64,000 nt of DNA. Source: Phoronis australis (lineage: Eukaryota > Animalia > Phoronida). The notes beneath the pieces are model-generated. The model was not told the DNA's origin. It ran no database searches and saw nothing but the letters and a program-made list of their open reading frames with translations. Where the stretch lies: assembly GCA_002633005.1 (NCBI GenBank), contig NMRA01000131.1:493824-557823 (forward strand), in the 5' to 3' direction. Numbering within the stretch: the first letter of the stretch is position 1; the number at the start of each line of letters is the position of its first letter. This document shows positions 38,201 to 53,200 of this stretch, one piece after another. The translations under genes were made by a program, and so were the position numbers.

Positions 38201-41200
38201 AAATAATCAAACAATAAAATATACACTAAAGTGTACATTGTGGCTTAATTTCTGTATGCTGTCTCTGGACAAATGTGCCCAGTTCTTATGCAGAGACTGT
38301 TTCTGTTAAGTCTGCTAGTCCAAATAGGTTGAACAACATATTACATAAATAGGATCATGTTTGGAAAACAGTACATATTCATTGAGTAGTGTTAGACGTA
38401 ACAAAAATGACTTGGAATGAAATACAACAAACGAGTCACATTTGTAAAGAAAGTGGAAACAGGAAAATCAATCACAACTTCACACTGACAAAGCACCATC
38501 TATTGAGCAGTGTAACTTTATGAATTTACCCACAGCCAAATGAATGATGAAAGGTAACTGATAAGCATTCATAGGTAACATAAACATCTTATTACAAAAT
38601 ATGTTAATTTGAGTAGGTGAGTTGTTAGCCCTGATTGCTGCGGGGGTAATTAGCCATTGTGAAAATCTAATTGTGAAGGCCAGGCTATGTTCTGGAGTCA
38701 AAAACATTAAAGTTCTTCAAAGACTAGTTACTTTAATTTTTCTAAAACAGTGTCATCAAGCTTCTATTCTCTGTTTCAATTGGTTACAGTTAATTTCTTG
38801 AAATTCCCCCAGTTGGCAGCTGAATCAAGTAACCTCTGTGCCCTCAATCCCTCTATTTTGGGGCCAAATATCGGCCCCATTCCCCTCTAAAAATATTGAA
38901 ATATCGTGCGAAATTCCCCTCATGATGGCCAAAAATCCCCCTCAGGTGATTGAGAACGTCCCCTCGAGGTTTGAATCACTTGTAACTCACACAGGTGACA
39001 ATTTGAAAGAGCACAAAATGTTAGTTTTGGCTACTTGAGGCAGAGCTTATGAGAGTTGGCAACAGGGGGGAGCTACTGATGGTGCAATCTACCTCACCCC
39101 GAAATGTTCCTCTCCCAGAAGGCACAAGCAGTTTTCCCATTGAATAAACAAGGGCCCTGAACCTGCCCGACAAGATAGCCTAATGTGAAGCAAAAATGGC
39201 CATTAAGTTCTTCTCAAGCCAAGAAATTATTTCCAAACTAAGTAAAGAAGAAAACAAATTTACAACAGTATATGGCCTAAATAAAAACTTTGTTTCTTGG
39301 TCATGGGTTCATTACTCCTGTAACACAATACACAAGATCTGTGAAATAACTCAGAAGTCATTCTTAATGATGGCTTAGGGAATTGAAGTGAAATGTTGAA
39401 ATAAATACTTTGTCATGTTGATTTTCCTGTTGGCACTTAGGCCAGAAATAGACCTATAGAAGAACATGAAACAAGTTAAGATTGGAGTCAGACATGTTAC
39501 AAGATTTACAATTGGATTAATATGATTGTAAATGTCAATTATAAGACAACAGACCATATCTAACATCACACTGATTTTACCTGTCCTTTTTTATTAGAAC
39601 GAGTGTCCTACGAAACAAAATACTGTTCACTAACTACATCAAGAGACACATTTAAAGAATCATCATCATCGCCCAGGGTTACCAAGTTAACCTTGAATGG
39701 GTAACAGTTGTAGTCTTACTCTACTTTGCAAGACCAAAAGGCATGAAGTCAAACAGGAGAATTTTTGTAATCATACTTGCTTAGTTGTCTCGCTCATTCA
39801 CACATGCCTAATCACGTTATATCAAAATTTCAGAAAAGCAGCCAAGTCCTCAATACCACAAGATCAGTAGCCATGGTTTTGTAGAAGTCTTCGATCACAA
39901 GATTTAAAAATTCTACAACAGATCTTCCTGAAAACCCTGTTAATTGATAATGGCATATAACTGAGAAGCAAGTGAACACACTAAAGAAGTGATAATGACT
40001 CTTACCTGAGGCACAACTATGTTGTCTGGAAGATTACCTGGGGCCTCACTGGCGACCTCTGGTGTTTCTCTAGAACACAATAAGATCAAACACTGCGAGA
40101 GACTAGCAGAGCAATTACAGAACTTAAATCAGTCTATTTGCAAAACTGACAGAAGCAAGTTATTGACGGAACTTCAGCACATTTTGTCTGGGATGGTCAC
40201 TAAATGACAAATAGTTGTGAAAATGTTTTTGTTATGACTGAAACCAACACTGAAAGTTTCCACTTAAAGACCCATTACTTGGTAATGCACTGCACTAAAG
40301 GATATTTTGATGCTCTTATTTTTACTTGACTAAAACTGTAAGTAGAGCGCGATTAGCCAAATCACCAAAAGTGTTATTTCAACTTACGTGAGTGTGTTCT
40401 CCCTGAGTGAGCTAGTGCTAATACGTGACTGTACGCTGGCCCGACTTTGAGACCTGTTGCTTCTTAGGTCTGCCTTCACTAGTCTGTTGAGCTCCAACAT
40501 CTGAAAACGGCAAACACAAATGAGTCGACCATATAATTCTGTAATTCAAAAAACAAATTTGGCATTCAATTTATGTGGATGTTAAAGCTACATAGTGATG
40601 GGATTCAATTCATGAGGGAGAGGTAAAATTTACCCAAATTTTTTCTTCCAGTGCAACTCGTGGCAAAATTTAGGTACTAATTTAATTCTGCTCATCAAAT
40701 CAAAAGGTAAACAAATTTATCATCATATCAAAAGGTAAACAAATTAATCATCATATCACAAGGTAAACAAATTAATCATCATATCACAAGGTAAACAAAT
40801 CAATCATCATATCCCAAGGTAAACAAATTAATCATCATATCGCTAACTCCTCTGCAGATGGGTGTTCACAACAAAGGACTTTTTGAGGTTATGTAGGACC
40901 CAAAAATGTCCAAATTTGACTGACTTCAGACCATCAGATTTTAGAAATGGCTGACTGGATTCACATGAAACGCTCAGATTGTAAGCTTGACGCAATGTTC
41001 TCAATAACGCTGTTAGGAATTATTTTTGAAATGACCCACTTTTGCACGAGTGGCTATAAAAATAGTACTTTCATGATTTTCATTTAAAATTTTTAAAAAT
41101 GCATAAAACAAAAACGAGATATTTTACAAAACTGTAATAGCTTTTTTGATATCCTACCCAAGACATTAACATCAAACAACATTTGATCATGGCATTGATA

Positions 41201-44200
41201 CAGTTGTTTTGCTATCAAATACTTTACTTTTTTGATAGATTTTACTAAAACAATGGCATGGACAGGTGACGTAGATTGGTAAAAAGTCAATAATCAAATT
41301 CTACAATCTTTCTACTTTCAGAAAATAACTACCTCAAGTTTATGGAGTTAAAATGTGTACTTTTCTAAAATATTTTGCTAAACGTACAGACTTCTTGATA
41401 AGGTCCTACATAATTTTAAGGAATAGAAAGTTCCTACTGTACACAGGAGGGTGGATAATATAAGAGTTTCTTTAAAGTGACTTGTTTCTGAACCTTATAA
41501 TCCTACCTCTTCATGGTTCATCACTGTCATATCACCGTGAATCCTACGCCTCCAATCACCACCCTGCTTTTTCATCTGCCACAATAACAAAAGATTCATT
41601 TACAGGTAAAATACAAGCTGACGGATAATCCTAATTTAGACAATCTGCATTCAAACACCCAGAATAAATGTGCCACTTCATTCATGAAGCACAATTGACT
41701 GTAAATTTATAAACAATCTAGTCTACCAGCTTACACAATAGCATTTTCAAATCTACCACAAAGAAAACATTATTATGAGCACGTTTCAAGTACTCAATTA
41801 ATAAGCACTCTGCAAGGTAGTGTTCAGCCTTGGGAGTTAAACACGATAATTTACAGCAAATTTTCATATTATTAGCAAAGCTAAATTTTAAAAGGTAAAA
41901 GCTTTGGCATATACAATAAATTTTCATAACACAAAAAAAATTGTTCTAATCTACCATAATGGGAAAAGGAACTGTTTTGATGTCAAGCTTAGTAGGAATG
42001 TATTTTTGACATTAATTACTGTTCCCTGGCGTGCATTTACTATTCAAGTAACAACACAAAGTCACATGAACAGCCCAGAAAATTGCCCACATCTCAAATC
42101 AGCAAACATATATATGTCCTACTCACCATATTTGCTCAATAAAAGTGAATGCAGAACAGGAAAAGTGCGTCTTTTTACTGAGCCGTTTACACCATCTTCC
42201 ATTGTTTCATGAAAAGTAACACACACCAAGGAAACAACAATGAACACTAAAAAATGCAACTCCAAGATAACCAAGGATCTTTATTTTTAAAGGTTAACAT
42301 CAAAAATGGATGATTGGCTTCCCTTCAAGATGACATCAGTGGATACTACAGCTAAGAGCAAGGCTCATTTAATATTTCACAGGGAAAACAAAAACAAAAA
42401 AAGCAAGCATATTTACCCGACTTTTCATTCTGCAAAGAAAGAAACATGTAAAGTCATTAAAACCATTGTTGAAGTGAAAAAAATTGGTTGCAAGAACGGA
42501 ACAGCAACACTAAGAAAAACATCAGTGCATTGCTTTAATGTCAATGAAGCCATTAACAATTAGCTGGTTTAATGAATACATGTCATGTGAAAGCTGCTAT
42601 AAGTTATACTCGTTGCCTGAACAATAATCAAAATGTACATTCTGTACATTGACACTAAGATGATACATACAATGACGAAGCGACATCATCAATCTTTGTG
42701 TTCGCTGCCATTGCTGGTTTGATATCTTCCGGCCGGTTGATGAGTGGACTAGGGGAAAGGTTCTGATTTGCATCGAACTCAGGTTCCTGCACCACAGGGG
42801 GCTCTGGTGACACTGTGCCTCCTCGAGCTCGGTTCTTTTTCACAGTCTCCATGACATACTTGGCTACAAGGCAAGAAAGAATAAAATGTAAACCAGTCTA
42901 GTATGTGCCTCCCATGCACGTAACTTCACACAAGTATGGAAGATAAACATGGTGAACACCAAGACATTTGTGGATATTTTGTTTTTTAACTAATGGTGAT
43001 GGGCAGATGAATGTCACCTCTATATGCATTTTCAGTGATGTAAACTTGTGTTGAAAAATCACAAAAACTCAACCAGTGGGCATGTGTGAATGTGTAAGAG
43101 GCCATGAAAAGTACGCAGTGTCAACATTTTAAACATTATGGTTGCAACAAGCATGTGTTCAGTAAGGTCACGAGTCAACTTACAGCAAAACTGGCAGTAA
43201 AAGCATGAGTTAAAGAATGCACAATTATTGCAAGCATCTTTCTTTTGATAGCTGTAAATGTGTTGCAAAGGATTAGAAAATCCTCACAAAATAAAAATAC
43301 AATTGCAAAAAAACAGCAATACAAGCAAGAGCAATGCGAAGCATTGAAATACGCCCACGAATGCATCCCAAATGGTGTGCTCTTAGAGTTGCTTATTTGT
43401 GTCATAAAAATGGCCACTAGATGGTGCAAAAACATAACAATCCATCCGAACACAGGAACATCTCATTGCTTTTTTAATAGGAAGCTAAACACCAAATTTC
43501 ATAGAAATCAGTCATGGAACTTCAGAGAAAAAAAGGAAACAGAATAAAATGAAATTGACACTAGGGGGCACAGTGTTCATTGGATCCGCCTGAAAGTCGT
43601 CATTGTCTGTTGTTAGCTTCATATAAATAAACTTACAAAATTTAATAAAGATCCTGCAGTGAGTTTAGGAGAGGCAGCTATGGGTGCAACACAAAACAAA
43701 ACTACCCCTAGGAAGCGCCAGAGTAGTCAAAGTCATCATCATCAACCATCCTCTTCACACTGAGAACATATACGCCAATTTTCAAAACCATCCTTAGAAT
43801 GATTTGATTTAAGAGAGGTAGACGCCAAAAAACAGACTCGAAAAGAGCAAAAATGGCCACTAGGTGGTGCAAAGTACCTTGATTCCATCCGAAAACAGGA
43901 GGATAGCGTCATTTCACCAATAGATGCCTATATTCAAAATTTTATGAAAATCTGTTGAGGACCTTTGAAGATACAGAGGTAAACATAAAACTAAATTGCC
44001 AACAAGGGGCATACAAGTAGTCAGACCCATCCCAAAATCGTCGTCGTCCCTTGTCAACATCATATAAACACACTTCTTAAATTTAGTAAAGATCCTGCGT
44101 ACGATTTAGGAGATACAGCCATGGGCGCAAAAAACAAACTGCCACCAGGAGGTGCCACAGTAGTCGAAATCATCGGAAAATCATCATCAGCGATCCACTT

Positions 44201-47200
44201 CATAGTAAAAACATACATTTTAATTTTCACAATTATCCTGAAAGCAGTTTGGTCGATAGTGGGAAAACAATAAAAATGGCCAATAGGTGGCGCAAACTAG
44301 GTCGAATCCATTTGAAAACAGAAAGATAGTGTCACCTCACTAACAGAAGTTCGCTCATGCCGTCCCATCAATGAAAGGAATATATGTGCAAAATTTCATG
44401 AACATACGTCAAACGGTTTTGGAGATAGAGCAGTGGACGCCGGATGCCGCCCGGACGCAGATGACAGCATAATGCGTCCACATACAAATAAGTGGGCACA
44501 TAAAAATCAAAAATTAAGCTGTAATAGACAAAACTAAACTATAAGAAACAGTCCAAGTGATGCCACTAACCCGGGAACCAGCCCGTCCTTCCACGAGACA
44601 CGCCCCTCATCCACTCCCCCTTGGTCTCCAACACCTTCACCTCATCTCCCACATGAAGGTCAATCTGATCCTCATTACTCTTCCTGAACGCCATCATCAC
44701 TTTGATCTTACTCAAGGTACGCTTGCGCTTCTGGCGACGTTTCTTAATCAACTTCTCTCGCTTCTGTTGAAATGTCAAGCCACTCATGTCTTCCAGTTCC
44801 TGGTAAACAGATTGAAATGTTGGGTGAAAAGAAATCTTAAGAAGTTGTACCGAGGGAAACGTGTGAAGTGAAAGTTATATAAACTAAAGGTTCTTGGCAC
44901 ATCAACAGAAAAATACAAGAAATAACTTTACGTCTATTACACCAACACTTGTTTGATTCCTGTTTAAAATCGTAAAGCAATTTCCTCTTTTTCCAGCGAC
45001 TTATTGAAAGACAAGAGGCAAGAAATAGGAGAGACTGGGTTAAGTTGTTTCATTCTTCAGTTAAATTTGAAATCTTCCAAACTATAAAGGCATTTAACTT
45101 GATATTTAGCATGATGGTAATAAAACCGTCTCTCCCACGCAGTGAATACATGGAATCTCACAGATCAAAGTCTGTTAGAGTTACAAAAACGTCTTTAAGA
45201 GTGCTCAATCATGTCTTACAAGTGGGTCACATTGTAACACAAGGCGTTGTATGTTCCAACACCATGTGGCTCACTGTAACAGGTTTTACTTTTTGACACA
45301 GCCCTGTTCATGACAACACTACCATTATGAAAGATGGGCACCACACTCAAAATATACAAGGGGATTCTGAGGACACGTGCTTTAATAATTCTTCAGGCAC
45401 TGAAACTCCGACATCCCAAAAGTTCCATAGTTACATTTTTTTAACATTGCCTTCAATAAACATGAAACAAGTTGCTCAAGATGAACTTTTTCCCCAAGTA
45501 GTCAAAACAATGTTTATAATAGTCAGGTTGTGCTGGATCAACTCACGTGGCACGAAGCCGGTATTGCCATCTATTGCCCACTGACAGCTTAACACTATTT
45601 CTCAGAATTTACTACGTATATGCACCCATGAGTGGCATGTACACTTTATTTAGACTTCAGCATATAATCGCTGGCAGGCAATCCATGGGTGAATACTCAC
45701 ACTTTCAGAAGACGACTGTGGGTGTGTTACCGTGGGAACAGTCAGGTGATCTTCATCCACCCTATCAGTGTTCAGGTTAGAGTGACTAGCAACACTCTGA
45801 AAATCACACAGATTTCACAACATTTCAGACATGATTTTTAAAATATCAAGAAAATAAATCTCTTAAAAATCACAAAACTCATTAAAATCTTGAATATGTA
45901 ACTATTAATATCTCACATCTGGTAAACTCCTGGGAAAATTGAGCATGAAAATAATAAACTGGCAAAGAAAAAATTCACACATAAACCGTGTTTGGCATGA
46001 AAACTGCAAAAAATACAACAAGAAAAAGATTTCAAACTGTACGAAAATTATAAGATCACTTGATCAACCAATAGAAATTCCAGTGATTAATACAATGGCA
46101 AACATCTGTACAGGTGAGTGGGGGTTTTCCACCCAAATCAAATTTATATGAAGCACATTTACCTTCAGTCAGAAGTAGTTTTTTAATCTCTTGGCAGGTT
46201 TTGGTACTTAATTTCAATGATTAAATTTCCATTAATATTAACATTAAATACTTTTGTAAAACTGAGAGTTACACTTTACCTGGGTGACACAACGAACTCA
46301 AGCTACCAGACACCCCAGGTAGGATGTAAGCAAAAATCAAATTACATATTCAAAGTTTTAATGAGAAATAACATCTTTAAGGAATAATTAAATCTAACTC
46401 GTGAAAAAATACAAAGCGCAAAATATCCAATATTTATCCGACTCAAAGGCAGATCTAGGGAAATGGGTGCTTGCCTGTTCAAGCATCCTCCTGACCAAGC
46501 AAAGTTCAAAGGTCATGCATGTAAGTGTGTCCAAAGTTCGCTCCATTCTCCATTCATAACCATGTTTCATGAAAAGCTTACTCCATTATTGCAGCTTGTT
46601 TTACAAACACTCAATGACAAAGTCATCCTCCCCAAAATATACAAACACCATTAGCTGCACAAACCATACTGATACAAGTTGTGACGACACTGACTACAAC
46701 CCAAACTACCTGTACCAATTGTCTACGACTACGTGCATCAAACTAGAGTGCATATGATTGGCTACACCAAGTGGCTACGACAAGTGTGCCTAAGCTACAC
46801 ATTATAACTAAGCATTTTCTACAGACAATATGACTGTGTGCATCGCTCATCACTATCACAAAACAAATGTGATTTAAAGTTATAAACCAAACAAATATTA
46901 AATAAACACTACAGATCAGCTAAATTATGAAACAGCAAATAATAATACATTGCTAACCAACACTCACGAGAGGCCTACCACACAATCTATGTTGGTTAGG
47001 ATCTATACAGGAATGTTAGTACACCACTTTCGTGAACCAAATCCGGCCCAATTTGCCAGAATCTTTGCTAGCATAAAAATTAGTTACTGTCTTCAAACAA
47101 AAAGTCCACCCAGTTTTCTTAATATATGTGACAAGTTCAGCGTTACTTCAGGAAACTATTCAAGTAGGTCAATCTTGTTTTAGTATACTTTCTCAGATGT

Positions 47201-50200
47201 TGCAAAGCATGATTTGTGTTGTTTATCTAACAAAAACAAAAGCAACGAGAAAATTTCTAAGAACATCGATAATCGTTTTAATTGCCATGCTCTACCATTT
47301 CAAATGATAACTTATTAACTTAATGAATGCAGGTTGATTTTCCATACTGGATTAAGTATGATAATTGCAAAGAGATAAATTCAACCCCATATTTCAGATT
47401 TCACTCTCGGGAGCAACCGTGATTATGAATTTTATACCAAAAAATTAAGCATTCATAAAACCAGTTATGAATTAGTATAAGCACTATAATATACAATGCA
47501 CCAAATTCCATTCCCAAACAATTATGTAACAGAAATTCAAAGCTGAAATGTAAATTAATTCACACTAATAAAGGACAGACTGAGTGCATGCCGAGAGAGA
47601 TCTGTCAACATGACAGTAAGAGAGACATTACCAGTTCATCAGGAGTATTATTCCGACTTAGCCGCGAGCGTATAGATAAGCGTTCGTGCTTATCATCAAT
47701 CTGTTCAGTCTACAAAGAGTTAACATTCACAATACAATCGTACATCGGACACATAACACAAAAACATACCACACCCTTAGATGCACACATCACATGGCCT
47801 GACATCACATACATGCAATACGGTAAGATGCTGGAAAAGTAAAAACCAAAAAGCAAATTTCTGACGCCAAAACAGAACACTCACTTATAACCATTTACAT
47901 GGACATGTTTGTATGAAGGTGCAAGTTTGCATGGAGTGTAAATCATCATGTAAACCAGGTACTATAGACAACAACTGCAGGCAGTAGACACTTGCATGGG
48001 TCCTCAGTTTTGAGAACCAGTTTGATGACCATTATTCAGTGGAGAAAACTGGTTCTCTGCAAGTGACTTTAACTAAACTGCATATTTAAGTGATAAAAAC
48101 GGGAGCTCACAAAAAGTATGCTTGTGGTTATTACCTTGCGACATAGTCTATACAACATTCGTGATGACACCAAATAGACAATTATAACAAAAAACAGTCA
48201 TGCAGAAAACAATGAACAATATTTGTAACACATTAATTACAGACTGGTCATGCAAAGATAACAACAGACATGCCTGTATAATTGATATCATGCGCTAGAG
48301 AGAAGACAACATCAAGAATAGTTCACATGCTGGTCCTTCCCGATAAGCAACAGAGCATATAGGCAGCAGCTACAGAATGTGTAAAGAGAGTAGTACATGA
48401 GGTAGACTGTAGAGGGGGCTACCTGCAAGAACGCCAGCTGGCTTGCAGTGATCGCTGGAACCACTGACATTGATCGACGACGTTCTTCATTGATAACAGC
48501 CAAAGATGGCCGCCTGTGTTGGTGGCGTTTGTCCTACAATGTGACTAACAGTGATTCCCTGTGCTTTCTAAGTGCGCCATAGTAACCAACTTGGGATGAC
48601 ATATGCTGAGCGGGACCATTTATATATAATTATATACCACACTTTAAATTACAGAATGGCACCAAAATAGATTGTTATAAAGAAAACACAGCATGAAACA
48701 GGCATCTAGTGCTACGTGACAAGGTGAAGTAAAAGCATATAATCGAAGTCTGAAATGTCTGTAACATTTAAAGCCGCTAACTGGCAATAGAAATTCCATT
48801 AAATTGTTGAAATTGGACAGAAAGCCCCACTGTATAAACAAGAAACTTATCCAGATCTTTTATGTTATGCAGTTTTACTGGCTGCAAATTGTGAACTGCT
48901 TTCAGCACAAATAATTAAATCCATGCAATGGCATAGAAAGCAGCTTTAAACTCTTTCTAAATTACCAAATTTCAAAATGAAGTACACAGCAGGAGTTGAG
49001 TGAACTAGGAAATGTGAGCTACGAAATGTCAGTGCATAACACAATGCGTGGTGCATTCACACACAAAGATAATCTTCCAATAACCAATGAGAAAGTGAAA
49101 TCCTAAATGATTCAGGACTCATCTACAAACAGACCAATGAAATAGAAGAGTTGCATGTCATGTGATGTGCGACTCACCCGTGAGCTGGCCAATACATTGC
49201 TGAAAAACTTCTTGGCAGACTCGACAAATGTACGCTTATCCTTCTGCAAACAAAAACGAACAAAGGTTCAGAGGCTTAATTTCTTTCAAGAAAAAGTGAA
49301 GTTGGTTTCAGATGACCTGCATACCAACACTAACAACTAAAAGGGCAGACAAGAGAAACATAATCAGCTGTAGATGGGTAGCTTGTTTTTCTTCTAAAAT
49401 TTGTATCAATACTTAAATACATGCAGACACTGTGAGTGATCTACAGAACCAGGAAGTTTTAGGTGTAAAATATATTAAACATTATTTCATATAAGCAAAC
49501 ATTGACTTTCTAAGAGTTACCTCCCCCTGCAGAGTATCTGTCAGTGTGTTGTTGAGCTCATCTCCAGTAGCTGCCAGCTTATTAAATGCCTCAATCGCTA
49601 TGGCAACAAACAGGCTGAAAAACAATATGTTGGACAGTAACTTTCTACTCAGCATGATACTGATGTTATCAACTTAAAAAACAAATTATATGTGAACATA
49701 AAAAAATGGTATTTCACTTGTTAATTATATTTATGTGAGCATATGGACCCATCTTCTCATGTTAAACATATCACAAAATACAAAACATTATCCAATTAAA
49801 ACCAAGTGCCATGTCGTGAACACATCCACTAAAACAAGAAACTGTAGGAACACCGCATTTATCCACCTTCACTCTTATCAGGCTTCTATTGTGAGTCAGC
49901 ATGCGTGAATAATTGGCTGATAAGCCACCTCTGGAACTACTTTTGGCTGAATGGATGACCAGGCCATAAAATGATAATATTAGCCAAGACCAGTTACTAA
50001 TGCAACAAAGAATAGTGTCGTAGTATCACCTAGCCTTGGTGGAAAGCTGTATACTGTATTGGCTCTAATAAACGCTTAGAAAAAATCATTTCACGGGGAG
50101 GGGATTCTTATTGTAGCCTACGGCAGTTGAAAGCCGGTTTCCCAAACGGGTAAAATCGGAAGCTAGGATTCATAAAATTTACGCTTTGTGACGAATTTTT

Positions 50201-53200
50201 AGCCTATGACAGTCTTTCTACAAAATTGTGGTGCATTGCTATGAACTTCCGTTGTTAAATTACGATAATTTTTCAAAAAATTGTGCTCATCACAGGGCGA
50301 AAACTTGCCGACTGATGCGTCGCCGCTGAATCGCCATCGTCAATAGGAAAACTTGTACTCTTGAATAAAAATATAGTTTCGACTCAACAAATTACCTGAA
50401 ATCTTCCTGATGTTTTACAATTTTTAAAGTTCATGTGGAGTCCAGATTAATTGCGATTAAGTCCAAATGTGCGCTACATCGTACTCCACAACAAGAGAAA
50501 AATCTCTGGATGAACACACATGTTGTTGTCACGTGACGTTTGTTTTGAAGGTCGTCTGTGTATGAGAGTGAGTGAGCGTGCGTGTGCGGGTCATCGACGA
50601 TAGACTTTTTTGTTACAAAAGGCGGAGGATTATGCAAGAAAATGGCGTTTACTAGATTGTTTTTCACTTAAACGGCTGTAACGTGCAAGGTGAGTGCTGG
50701 TTAACTCACAGATTTTGTGTGCACAGGCCGACTGTCGTTAGCTCTGCCGTGGAGTATTAATAGTCCAAGGCTCGATCTACATGTTGGGGACGAAATGAAC
50801 TACCCGGGCTGTGTGAAATTTCTGGGTCTAACGGAGACACTGACGCAGTGGTCAGTCAGATCGCTGTATCAAGACTATAGTCAAAATCCAAATTCGTTTT
50901 ATCGTGTCCCTGTCAATAATAACGGCATGTTAAAGCCTTCTTAATTTTCGTACTTCAGGAACATAACAATCACGTGTTTTGTACACATACGCGCACGCCG
51001 CAGATCACATCTCGGAAATTGCCGATTTGACGGATGACAATGAATGAACACAATGAAATTAACAACGTCGTTTTACAGCTTGTAAGATTCATAATAAAAG
51101 TATTTTGAATATTGCAATGCATGTGTTCCAAAATCTAAATAACTTGGGTCCTATATTTTTGTATTAGTGCGCGCCGAATGAAAGTAATCGTGAGTGTTGC
51201 TGTGTTGCAAAATCTCTTATCCTGGGCCGATTTGAAAAATTCAAAGTTGTACTCATATTTGTTTTCGCTCCTCTTTTCAAATATTACAGTAAAAACTACG
51301 TAAAACTCTCTCCATAAAAAGTACAGTCTGCTAGCTAGATTGTAATCAGCTGATCATATCCGCATGAGCGAAGCCAATTATCCTCGCTCGTGACTCGATG
51401 ACTAGAGCAGCCTGGCGGCATCCCTTTGATCGTGAGCCGAGTGCGACTCAGCCAAGGTGGATAAATACGGTCTAGTTCAATTTTCCATACCCCGCCGTTT
51501 ACCTTAACCACTGGGGTTAGAACCAATTTTATTTAGTGGGAATGTTCATAGCATGGCGAGATCAATACGTCAAAAGGAACACACAATCACTGTTGACATG
51601 TATCGCCAATATGACACTAATCATCGATATCGGCATACATTTCCGAGTTTTTTCCAGTTCCTGAAATAATCTCTCCTCTAATTAGGGGGAAGAACACATT
51701 GTCTAGTTGACCTAGTTTTTGAAAGGTGGCGCCACTGACACACTTCAATGAAGAGCCACACAAGTGAAGACCCGTTATTACACCTAACTCAGTTTAAACT
51801 TTTAATTCACATTTGAAAGACAAATGGCCAAACAATTTTGAAGTAAAATAGTGATTAGTATGGCAGCAATGGAATGACGTCCCTAAAGTGGTGAAGCATT
51901 GTGGGTAAATATCACAAGATCAGAAGACTTTTTAGAAAATGGCAAAGAAATGAACATCGCAAATTCACCGAAACGTATCAGTTAATGAAGAATAGTCAGG
52001 TGTTAGCATGAAGTATTCTCATTAATTTTATGTTCTCTTGGCCCAAAATGACAAGTCATCTACTTACTTGAGGAAGACCATATTGAGAATGAGATAACAC
52101 GTGGTGAAGTAGAGCCAGGTCCACGGAGATACTGATATCATGGTGGCATTCAGTATCTCATGCCAGTTACTGGTAGACAGAATCTGGAACACCACTAGCA
52201 GGGAACAGCTGTAAAAGAATCAGAATGATACTGATGTCATAGTTGTGCTCAAGATCTCAAAATGGCTGACTTAACATTAATAACTCAAAGTAAAAACATA
52301 AATATTCACAACGTAAAAGATGAAAAGAGAATTTTTTGTTACATTTGAGACTCTTAGATTTAAAATTAAAAACTTTTAATGCTTTATTCTTGAAGGTTCT
52401 AATTAAAAGAAATTAATTCACCTGAAGGTATGAAAGCCAAGTTCACACTTGTAGTCATAGTGACCTGAGGTATAGACAGGTGAAGGGGTGAAGCTAGAGA
52501 AGCTCTCCATACCCAGCACTGCATAGAAGTACCTGAAATGAGAGTATGGGGTTATGGAACAGGTGTCGTGTGAATTCAGTACTGAGTAACATATCTAGCA
52601 TCAGAGTCAATGGGGTCATGGCTGGAACAGGTTGGTCATGAGAATGCAGAAGTACCTGGAATACATGAGGACCTAGTACAGGTGAAAATTCAAGCCAAAA
52701 CCCATTAAATTTGTGGCCTGAAGAGTAAGTGTCAATTATCCCACCCCCTGCCAACACAGCAGAGTCAGGACCTGTGATTTTTATGACATAATGAAGAGGC
52801 ATTAAATAATTACATGGGTGACCAACCAGGCAAAGCAGCTAGACTGAGTTCAATGGGCAAGTTTGCTCACATTAGCATAATTCCAACGATGTTGGATCAT
52901 GATCGCATCCAAAAGTCAATTTTTACCTGTGCTGGGTTCCTCATGGAAAGTAAGAGGGCCAATTTTCACTTACGGTGAACAGCATCCATTCTTCATTATT
53001 ATTTTGTGATCTAATCCAATCACATCAAATCACATCAAATCAAATCATTACCAAGGTTGTTTGTGACCAAAAAAATGTGTTCAAAACATTCAATGAGTGC
53101 CAAATGAAAATGTAATTCAAAAGAAGAAAATAGTATGTAACAGGAAAACCCGAGTGATTGGCTGCAAACTGTTTATAATATTACTTACACAATAATGGTG

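Noticed and set aside
42127-42247. Possible extra channel exon ending in a strong gtgagt donor
   Set aside because: The nearest good acceptor gives an in-frame stop; the 13-nt microexon at 42429-42417 already resolves the phase.
46280-46330. Possible small channel exon with a CAG|gtaaag donor
   Set aside because: No convincing polypyrimidine acceptor in a compatible phase; flanking exons join in frame without it.
29905-48040. Dispersed similar blocks (29905-30050 vs 47890-48040; 15260-15310 vs 39199-39250; 28897-28975 vs 56565-56680)
   Set aside because: Ordinary diverged interspersed-repeat fragments with no sign of function.
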